A stretch of DNA of 61,149 bases, counting the filler, from Jimgerdemannia flammicorona (lineage: Eukaryota): assembly GCA_003990765.1 (NCBI GenBank). It is 3 parts of 3 records of this genome, joined end to end, with 100 filler letters (N's around TTAATTAATTAA, not from the genome) between each part and the next. Parts side by side here need not be neighbours in the genome. Positions count along the whole stretch, not along the records: positions 40,841 to 61,149 come from RBNJ01001713.1; 2 more parts are not named here. One strand, given 5' to 3'. The translations under genes were made by a program, and so were the position numbers. Position 1 is the stretch's first letter; each line of letters starts with the position of its first letter. The notes beneath the pieces are model-generated. The model worked only from the letters and a program-made list of their open reading frames with translations. It had not been told where the DNA came from and made no database searches. Positions 40,841 through 50,172 of the stretch are shown here, one piece after another.

Positions 40841-41118
40841 CTGATATCTAGGATGTAGGTATATTAGGCAATATTCAGAGAAATCTTATTCATAAAGGTC
40901 ATTAGACCTATGATGTCTTGGTTGATAGTATTGAACCCAGCTATATATATTCTTTTCTGAATTCTGATAAAGAATGTCCTATGTAATTTTTTAAGATTTA
41001 TCTTAATTTCTATAATAGATTCTTGAGTCTTATAGTAGGTTTTATTTTCTATATACTTCTTAATACACCAGTGGGCCATGGCTTCATATTCACTTATCAG
41101 ATTAGTACTGTATAAATG

Positions 41119-41947
41119 GCAGAAGAGGAAGAAGGCCCAGCAGGAGCCAAGGGAGTGAACCCAGAGCCAGTGTCAAAGCGAATGGAAGATATGTGGAAAG
41201 GCGTGTATAAGGGGGACGAACAAAGAACGTAACTGAAATTGCATCAGCCGTTTATTGCCACATAAAAACACGGTCCTTATATACAAAATACGACATCCCA
41301 AAAGGGAGGACGCGCCACAACTCGGGGCGAACCGAATTAGGAACCACATGACCGCCGGAGATAGGCGGAGATAAGAGGGGAGCCAATCCCAGTTGCAGGA
41401 TAAAAATCACAAACAAACACAAACAAAACAAATCCAAATCGAGATTAAAAAACATCCGCAGACCCCGGAGGGGTGAGCGCGAGCGAGGGGTGAGGCTGAA
41501 ACGGAGCGAGCCGCAGTGAGCCCGAGCGAAGCAAGGGGCCGAAGGCAGCGGAGGGGAGCGGAGTAAGGCCGAGACCCCGGAGCGAGCGCTCACCCCTCCG
41601 GGGTCTGCGGATGTTTTTTAATCTCGATTTGGATTTGTTTTGTTTGTGTTTGTTTGTGATTTTTATCCTGCAACTGGGATTGGCTCCCCTCTTATCTCCG
41701 CCTATCTCCAGCGGTCATGTGGTTCCTAATTCGGTTCGCCCCGAGTTGTGGCGTGTCCTCCCTTTTGGGATGTCGTATTTTGTATATAAGGACCGTGTTT
41801 TTACATGGCAATAAACGGCTGATGCAATTTCAGTTACGTTCTTTGTTCGTCCCCCTTATACATGCCTTTCCACATGTCTTCCGTTCGCTTTGACACTGGC
41901 TCTGGGTTCGCTCCCTTGGCTCCCACTGGGCCTTCTTCCTCCTCTGC
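41119..41947. repeat. Inverted pLTR pair: ~360-bp arms (41119-41480 and 41586-41947)
   Basis: The arms are reverse complements with only scattered substitutions. The junction is the palindrome gagcgctc at 41584-41591. Confidence 0.95.
41783..41815 (+). promoter_or_regulatory. TATA-like box and AATAAA signal within the pLTR
   Basis: tatataag at ~41783 and aataaa at 41810, conserved in all three pLTR copies and lying upstream of the ORF1 start. Confidence 0.5.
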
Positions 41948-43082
41948 TGTACTGCCTGCCCTCGGGGCCTCCGTCCTCGTCGACGAGCTCATGGATGAGG
42001 TGCTTCCTCCTCCTCCCCCTTCCCCTGCCTTCACCCCCACCACTGTCTCCTTCGAGACCTATGTCTCTTCTGCCATCCTTTCCCTCCCCCTGGACCTTCG
42101 TCCTTCTGGTCATCTGCTCCTCTCTCAGTTCCGGTCGGTTCTTGCCCTCTCCGCCAAGGAGGCTTGTCTCTGCCATGACGTCGACGTCGTCGCTCTGCCT
42201 GCTGTCCGCTACTCTATTCTCCCCGAGGCCTGCCACCAAGCCCTCTCTGAAGAGGTCCGTGCCACCACTGCCGCTGCCAAGCTCGCCGCTGCTGATGCCG
42301 CCGCTGCTTCCGCCGCCACCGCCTCCATCTCCTTCCAACGTGCCTGTGCCGCTTTCATGGCCTTCGCCTCCTCTCGCCTTTCGGATACTGCCCCCTTCTG
42401 CGGCTTCGCCATCCAAGACATTCCTTCCATCGCCGCCAACATCGACGCTGTACGTCGCTTCCTCCTCGCCGGCACCTCTTTTGTTGCTCGCCTTCATGAG
42501 CAGGAGTCTTCTCGTGCTGCCGCCACTGCTCGCGCTGCCGCCACTGCTCCTCTGCCTACCTCCCCCGAGGTTTCGGTCTCCGAGGCCATCCGTGCCGAAG
42601 CTCGTGCCGCTGCTCGTGCTGAGGTTCGTTCCTTCGCCGCTGCCGCCGCCAAGGCCCCCTCCAAGACCCCCGCCAAGCCCAACCAGGCTTTGTCGGCCTC
42701 TTCTTGGTCCCCCTCCCCCGCCAAGGCTTCCTCCTCCATTCCCCCTGCCCCCAAGCGTGGCTGCCAACTTGGTTCTCGCCCTGTCAGGGCCTGGCCTTGT
42801 GCTGTCTGCTCCGGTCACCTCCACCATGCCTACTGGCACCCGGCCAAGTCCATCTGTCCTCATGGTGGTGTTCCTCGCGCTGCTGCCCCTTCGGCTGCTC
42901 GCTCGCCTTCGGCCTCCTCCACCGGTTCCTCCTCCGCCTCCTCTCCCCGTGCCCCTGAATATAAGGGCTGCACGAAAGCCTGCAGCCGCAAGGTCTGGCA
43001 CTCTGATGGGGTGTGCTCTCGTTCGTCAAGTTCGCCACCTTCAAAAAAAGTCAGAGGGAAGGGGAAGGCCTCCCGCTCTTAA
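41874..43082 (+). CDS. PLE ORF1: Ala-rich helical region, two Cys/His clusters, basic C-terminus
   Basis: Open frame of about 400 aa. ATG 41874 is preferred because ATG 41862 reads ACG in the inverted pLTR copy. Confidence 0.8.
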   Translation: MSSVRFDTGSGFAPLAPTGPSSSSAVLPALGASVLVDELMDEVLPPPPPSPAFTPTTVSFETYVSSAILSLPLDLRPSGHLLLSQFRSVLALSAKEACLCHDVDVVALPAVRYSILPEACHQALSEEVRATTAAAKLAAADAAAASAATASISFQRACAAFMAFASSRLSDTAPFCGFAIQDIPSIAANIDAVRRFLLAGTSFVARLHEQESSRAAATARAAATAPLPTSPEVSVSEAIRAEARAAARAEVRSFAAAAAKAPSKTPAKPNQALSASSWSPSPAKASSSIPPAPKRGCQLGSRPVRAWPCAVCSGHLHHAYWHPAKSICPHGGVPRAAAPSAARSPSASSTGSSSASSPRAPEYKGCTKACSRKVWHSDGVCSRSSSSPPSKKVRGKGKASRS

Positions 43083-43168
43083 ACTTCCCCCCGGCGTGAT
43101 TCTCCCCCGGTGTCCCTGTCCCTTCTCAGATTCCGTCGTCGCTTCTGGTGTGCCCTGAGTGGTTCCTC

Positions 43169-45097
43169 ATGCTGTCCCCCCTTCGCCTTTCCCAGTTGCT
43201 TGTCCCGAATTTTCGGGTTTATTCTTCTCTTGGAATACTTTTGTCTCCTCCCTTTTCTTCGGCTGACTGCCCCCTTTCTCCCCTTCAAGTCTTTGCCTTA
43301 TCCTTGGGTCCTTGCTTTGTTTTTCTTGCGACTCCCTCACAATTCTCCTTCACTGATCCAGCTCATCTAACACGTTTTCGTCGTGCTCTTGACCTTGCCA
43401 TCTTCTTTCAAGATTGTGGTGAGATGCCCTCTCGCTATTTTGTTCCTAGCGATTGGGTCCCCCCTCCCAATGTCTCTTCACACTGCATATTCCTCGACAT
43501 GGCTTGCTCACTGTCCGTTCCTGGACGAGCTCGCTCTTGCTTGGTTTCGGACCGTACTGTGCGTACTGCGCTTAAATCGGTCAAGCAATTGCCTATGCAT
43601 TTGCTCACAGTTACTGATAAGAATCAGGGTTTTGCACTTATTCCTAAGTCGCTCTACCTTGATGGCCTTTCTGCCCTCCTTTGAGCCACAGCTTACGAGC
43701 CTAGTGCTCTTGGATTGGATGAGATTCTTGCCCTTCTTCGGGTTTCTCTGGCTCACGCTAGATCGCTTTCGGATTCCCCATTCGCGAACCCCATTTTTAA
43801 CTTCTTTCAGGACTCTTTGTCCTCCCCGGATATTTCTCTTCCAGTTTTCTATGCTCTTCCTAAAGTTCACAAGCCTACTTTGGCTTGGCGTCCTATCATG
43901 GCTGCTTACAGTTCACCTACCACCGAGATTTCTAAGTGGTTATCCCGCTTCTTTCTCTCCTGGATGGCTCTCTTACAACACCGTCTTGGGCCTGAGTATA
44001 CTATTCTTCGTGATACTCAGGAGCTCGCCCTTCTCTGCTCCACCATTGTGCCTGTTTATCGTTTTTCCCATTTGGCCTCTGGTGACTTCTCTTCTTTCTA
44101 TACTGCTATTCACTTCAATGAGATCGATGACTGCCTTCGCTTCTTGGGTTCCTTGGTTTTTCCTTTGGATTCCCCTGTTTCACTGGCTTCCATTGTTGAG
44201 CTTACATTCCTCGTCTACGGCTCTAATTATTTTGAGTCGGCCCTTGGCTCCTTTCACCAGACTTCTGGTATTGCCATGGGAACGAATTGCGCCCCCACCC
44301 TTGCCAACCTTGTTGGCCTGGCCCACGAATTGCGTGCGTTACGTGATATTACTTCACCTCTTTCCATTGCATTCTGGGCTGGGGATCTTTTCTTTCGCCG
44401 ATACATTGATGACTTTATTGTCTTCGCTGTTGCTGGTGTTGATATCCCTAGTGTGTTCCTGGGTGTCTACCCTCCCCACCATTCTATTACTTGGGTGTGC
44501 GGTACGACTAGTATTCCCTTTTTGGACCTTTCCATTTCTCTTTCTCCTTTCCGAACTGTTGTTTATTCTCATTTTCCCCATTCCCAACAGTTCCCTGACT
44601 TCTTGTCCAATCATCCTCGTCGCACTCTTCTTGAATGTGTTCGGGGTGAGGCTTGTCGTCTTGCATTATGCTGCTCCCGTCATTCTGATTGGGTGTCTGC
44701 TGTTCAGGTTCTTGGCAACTTCGTGGTCCATCGTCATGCCTATCCTATTTCTATCATTCGTGACCTGCTTGCCTCTGTTGAATGGTCTGTTGTTTGCTCT
44801 ACCCTCCTCTCTCCTCTTTATCCCCCCTCCCTTCCCTCTCTCCCCCCTTACCCTCTCCGTACCCCCTCTTCTTTCCCACCCCCGATTCTTGTTGTACCAT
44901 TTGATCGTGCTCGCTGGGTTGCTCAATGCCCTGATACTGTCCTGCGCTCTTCTCTTTCATGTCATGGACTTTCATCTCTTTCCCGACGCCCTCTGATTGC
45001 TCGTTCGCATCTTCCTTCTATTTCTTCTTCAATCCATCGCTCTCGTTTTGCGTTTTCATCACCTTCTGGTGCCTCCGGTTCTGCCGGAGAGGATTAA
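43169..45097 (+). pseudogene. PLE reverse transcriptase with one in-frame TGA (43682-43684)
   Basis: Motifs LSLGPCF, TDKNQG, FYALPKVHK, WRPI, GDFSSFY, QTSGIAMG, RYIDD, FLDL, SNHP. ORF-track entries 43148-43684 and 43715-45097 are in the same frame. Confidence 0.92.
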
Positions 45098-45594
45098 AAA
45101 ACATCCTTGCCCCCTCCGGGGTCTCGCGCTCACTCCGGGGTCTTGGCCTTACTCCGCTCCCCTCCGCTGCCTTCGGCCCCTCACTTTGCTTGGGCTCACT
45201 GCGGCTCGCTCTGTTTCGGCCTCACCCCTCGCTCGCACTCACCCCTCCGGGGTCTGCGGATGTTTTTTAATCTCGATTTGGATTTGTTTTGTTTGTGTTT
45301 GTTTGTGATTTTTATCCTGCAACTGGGATTGGCTCCCCTCTTATCTCCGCCTATCTCCGGCGGTCATGTGGTTCCTAATTCGGTTCGCCCCGAGTTGTGG
45401 TGCATCCTCCCTTTTGGGACGTCATATTTTGTATATAAGGACCGCATTTTTACGTGGCAATAAATGGCTGATGCAAATTCGGTTACATTCTTTGTTCGTC
45501 CCCCTTATATATGCCTTTCCACATGTCTTCCGTTCGCTTTGACACTGGCTCTGGGTTCGCTCCCTTGGCTCCCGCTGGGCCTTCTTCCTCCTCT

Positions 45595-48363
45595 ATATTC
45601 TCCCAATAGTGTCTCTTGATGTGTCCAAAATCTCCTGGAACTACTTCTCAGAAATGGGCTAAGGCTACCTCATCATCTTTAAAAAGCTTATTAACTTGTT
45701 TGATAATTGTAATCTGAGAGTAAGAGAGCTGGCACTCTCTGATCCAATCTTCTTTTTCCATTTCCAGCTGTAAATTCAGTAGCTATCCTAACTTGAAGTA
45801 TTCTTGAAGCTCTGTCTGATTCTGGTAGGCCTTGAAGTGTGAAATTCATGACAGATGTGTCTGTACTATACTTTGGATGCTGTCAAAGGATTTCTCCATT
45901 ATGGGTGACTCAGTAGTACACCATTGTCTTTCTATGGCTCATTGTACAGTACTAGTGATTTTGAGGGCTGTGACTATGCTTTATTGACTAATCATAGCCA
46001 TGATACTTCTTGAGTCAGTTTTGGTAAATAGTAGTGGGGATGATTGTGTCTGAGAGTTTTTATAGCCAAAAGATAGTCTCTTTTATATCTTGCACAAGGT
46101 AAAGTTCTTTCTACTTAGGCTTCAGTATTTGTAACCATGAAGCTTCTACTATATTCCAATATACTAGAACTTTGTCTCCTATCTTAATAATCTCCAGGGG
46201 CTTGTGAACTTTTTCTGCATTATTCTATTATAGTATCTGTATCTTGGTTATATAATCCTCAGCCTTTTTCCTAATTTAGTGTAGTCTTCATATTTCTCTA
46301 TCTATATGTTTCTATATGGTATCTCTATTAGATGATAGGGTTTCTTGAAAATCTTCTTCTCTGAACAGTATTTCCCAAGGAGTGAAATGGGTGCTTTGTG
46401 ATCAAATATTCCAGAGAGCAGATAATGCTATTAGTAGATAGTGATATCTGTTTTTGTAGTTATTGCAGATCTTAGTAATAATATTTTTGAGGTCTTATTA
46501 GTTCTTTCCATCTGTTTATTTTCTTGAGAATGGTATGCTATGGTCTGAATATGCTGGATCTTATACTTCTTGTAGAGAACTGGTTTACAAATTCTATTCC
46601 TCTATCTGTAGTTACTTGTATTGGGGTCTTGAACTGACAGATAATTTATTTGTAAAAGAAATCAGTAATTGACTGTGCATTGGCTTCTTTGAGGAGTCCT
46701 GCCTCTATCCATTTTGTGAAAAGGTCTATGATGACAATGATATATTGGTTGCCAGTCAAAGTCAAGGGTAGAGGGCCAATCATATCTATTGCAATGTAGG
46801 CAAATGGTATTGGTTTTATATATACTGATCCTAGGGCTTGATTTCATTGATCTTATTTCTGTTTCTGACATTTGTAACAAGTCTTGATAAATTGTCTGAT
46901 ATCATCCTCCATTCCTGGCTATCATATTGTTCTTCTTGCTTTATTTTATATGTTTGTTCCTCCCAGATAACCAAGTTTATATACTAATTTCATTGCTTGC
47001 TCCTTCTTATGTTCTGGTATAACTAGTAGCTTTTCTTTCTTCAATGTTTCTCCATTGGTTTTGAATTGTTTCCATGTTCTGTTGATAATTGTTTGTGTCT
47101 ATTATTCCAGATATTGGGGCATCTTTTGCTGTCTCAGATAGGTGATTATTCTATAATAGAGCTCCTTATTCATGATTGATTTACTGGTTGAGAGTTCTTT
47201 GGAGTGTCTGTGAGAGAGTATCTGCATTGGCATTGATTCTTCTTGGGCAGTACATGATGATTACATCATATGCTTGCAACTTCATGATCTATCTGGCATA
47301 GATTCCTTTGGGTTGCTCAGTAGTCAGTAACTAAGTAAGAGCTGAGTGGTCTGTCTGAATGGTGAAGTATCTTTCAGCAAGATAGTAGTAGAACTTTTCT
47401 ACAGCCCAGATGACTATAAGACATTCCAACTTGTAGGATTCATATTCTTTTTCGGCTTCTTGGGTTCCTCAACTTAGATATATAATGACATACTCTACTT
47501 TATCTTTCTTTTGGGCTAGGACCACTCCTAGTCCTTGGGTATTTGCATCTATCTGCAGGATGAATTCTTGAGTCCAATCAGGTCTTCTGAGAATAGATAT
47601 CTGGGTCAGTCTGATCTTAAGTTCTTTGAATGCTTTTTGTTGCCTGTCAGTCTATTGGAACTTAGTATCTTTCTTATTGAGTTTATTGATTGGACCTGTA
47701 ATGTTAGAGAATCCTCTGATGAATTAGTAGTAATATGAGGTAAGTCCTATGAAGGCTTGGGCTTCAGTAACTATGGTGGGCCTTGGGTATGCTACTACTG
47801 CTTGAATCTTGAGAGAGTCTGTATATATTCCATCTTGATTAATAATATGGCCAAGATAGATAATTTCAATTTCTGTAAATTTACACTTCTTGGACTTGAT
47901 GTAAAGACTATACTGCCTCAGCTTTTCTATCATCTGCTTAATATGCTATAGGTGTTCCTTAGCTGTCTTACTATAGATAATAATATCATCCACATAAACT
48001 ATCATCCATCTTCTCATATCATGGTGGAAGATTTTGTTCATCATTTGCTGGAAGCTTACAGGGGTATTGTACATGGATAGTATTTGTAGGTAGATATAGA
48101 TTCTATCTGGGGTGATGACAGCTAATTTCTTACTTGCTGTTTCTATGAGTCTGATTTGGTGGAATCCTGAGTATAGATCCAAGGTGCTATAGTACTGAGC
48201 TTCATTTCCCAAAGTTATAAGAATGTCATTGATGAGTGGTAATGGTTGGCAATCCTTCTTGGTGACTACATTGAGCTTTCTATAATCAATGCAGAGTCTT
48301 GGATCAAATTCTCCAGACTTGCTTCCTTTCTTTGAGGCTAGTATAACTGGTGAGGACCAGAGG
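45595..48363 (-). mobile_element. Ty3/Gypsy D: more decayed relative of C (RT-RNaseH-IN-ORF3), truncated at both ends
   Basis: Colinear with ~36265-39038 (PRLCIDYRKLN, LDLYSGFHQ, YVDD). ORF3 homolog at 45595-46000. Confidence 0.9.
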
Positions 48364-48530
48364 AGCTCTGGCCTGGGGAGAACCATGAGGGGTCTGCTGG
48401 TGGGAGGAGGCAGAAGGGGAGGAAGTAGCAGTGGAGGACAGAGGTCAGAGAGGGTGAGCTTTGTAGAGACAGTGAAGGAGAGACAGCAGATATCTGGGCT
48501 AGAGAGCTGGCTGAGGAAAGGCACTGCCTA
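48361..48530 (+). mobile_element. Short plus-strand fragment of the L1-like ORF1 N-terminus
   Basis: Similar to the reverse complement of ~8265-8406 (aggagctct.gc.tgggg.gaa.catgag). Confidence 0.65.
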
Positions 48531-49816
48531 AGTACTAGCTCTTGATATAACTCTTTTAGCAGTATTCTCTTCCACTGTCTTTCTGCCCAGATTCACTAAT
48601 AAATCCTTCTGATGCTACCTCTCTTATGCCCTCTCCCAGACTGCCTGATATAGTCACACTCTCTTACTATTCATAATCTCTACCACTATCTTAGTCTCAA
48701 ACTTCTTTCAGGCCAGTCATCTCTTCTCTACTACTTCAGCCAAGTCTTTTAATGCCTCTAGTATGTCTTTCTCCTCCTCTGATGTCTCCTTTAACCTCAA
48801 GACCTTATACTCTACTGGCCTCCACTTAAGTACTATTGGTCAATCTCTTCCTTTCCCAGTATTCTCCTTATCTGTCAGCCTTACCCCAATATCTACATCT
48901 CTAGTCCTAAACTCTATACCCTCTCAGACCCAGAATCTAATATCTATTACATCTCTATACTCTTTGATAACATCAACAATCAGTCCTCTAGTCTCTTCCT
49001 TCTTTACTATAGATATATTTACCACTACCAACTATACTACCTGGAGGTCTCAGCATAAGTACCAAGCTATAGAAATTACTATCCCTCTCATTACCACTCT
49101 CTTCTCCAATACTTCCAACATCAACTTCTCCTCCTCAAAGCCCACCTCTACTTCTTCCAGACTCTTTAAGAACTTTACTGATATTACTCCTTTCAACTTC
49201 TGGACCAGAAGTCTCAAAACCATTTTGGCCATAACTACTAAGCCTCAGAAGCACAATGTAATAGTAAATTTAAACACTGATTTCTTGAGTAATAGTACTA
49301 CTACCAGATCTATTACACTATTAGCCAGGTCCCCAGACCTTGGCCCCCCCCTTTGCTCAGTCCCACTATCAGTTATTATATGTATCTAGATTTTTTTCTA
49401 GATTAGCAGTCTCTCTACTATTAGCAATTCTGCTCCCCCTAGTCCTACTCCTCCAGCCCTACTGTCTCCACTACTATGGGCCCCTCTACTAGGCCTAGCA
49501 GTCTCCTCCTTCCTCTTGCCCTTCTACAGCCAACTCTTCAGTCTAGTCACTAGATGCCCTACCTTGACCTTATTAGCAAAACCCATTCTCCCAGACCTCT
49601 GTCTACTAGACCTATCTCTTCTACCTTCTTGTTCACCAGAGAGAGTACTCAATAGGCTCCCCTCTAAGCTATAACTCCTTTCTACATACTGTTAGTCAAA
49701 TATACTGAGGCCACTCTACCCTATATACTCTTCAAATTACTTATTAGTCATTATATTATTATTATCTTTTCTCTAAAAATGATACTGAAAGTATTATTAG
49801 AAGTTTGTATAATCTA
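48531..49816 (-). mobile_element. 5' part (ORF1) of an L1-like element, decayed
   Basis: MAKMVLRLLVQKLKGVISVKFLKSLEEVEVGFEE matches MAKIVLGLIAKQVAEVVSVKFLKRLEGVEVGFEE at 7725-7970. Confidence 0.8.
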
Positions 49817-49817
49817 G

Positions 49818-50172
49818 TTATATACCATATCTGGCAATCTATCTTAATGATTATATCTCTCTTTTATTTTTATTTAATTTGATAGGTTATATACATATCT
49901 AGCTATATATCTACTTCAAAGATTATATCTCCTATTTATTATTTTATTTAATGAGTTATTTTTATATCTGGCTATCTATCTTGATAATTATATCTCTCTT
50001 TTATTTTCATTTTATTTAATAGATTATATTTCATATCTGGCTATCTGCCTCAGTAATTCTATTCTTTATTTATTTATTCTTATAGATTATATATCATATA
50101 TAACTATCTGTCTTAATGATTATATTCCCTTTTATTTTCATTATATTTGATAGATTATATTTTATATCTGGC
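49818..50172. repeat. Degenerate ~60-68 bp tandem repeat, 5-6 units
   Basis: Recurring atatctggctatct..cttaatgattatatctc..ttttatttt unit. Confidence 0.8.

Larger units (their letters stand above)
41119..45594 (+). mobile_element. Penelope-like retroelement, endonuclease-deficient (Athena/Coprina-type architecture)
   Basis: PLE-type RT with no GIY-YIG domain, an upstream ORF1, direct pseudo-LTRs (41586-41945 and ~45127-45594) and an inverted 5' pLTR (41119-41589). Confidence 0.92.

Noticed and set aside
41817..41836. ctgatgc in the pLTR as a possible hammerhead ribozyme core
   Set aside because: It reads CUGAUGC rather than CUGANGA, with no suitably placed GAAA or three-stem arrangement.
41856..43158. 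Long alternative-frame (41890-43158) and antisense (41856-43001) ORFs over PLE ORF1
   Set aside because: Pro/Leu-rich and Gly/Arg-rich shadows of the C-rich codons in ORF1.
43383..44996. 537-aa ORF overlapping the PLE RT in another frame
   Set aside because: The PLE sense strand is very A-poor, so stops are rare in alternative frames. The product is Leu/Phe low-complexity with no motifs.
47946..48524. 192-aa ORF that looks like a novel Pro-rich-RT fusion
   Set aside because: Chance read-through across the junction at ~48363 between an antisense L1 fragment and the truncated Gypsy D RT.
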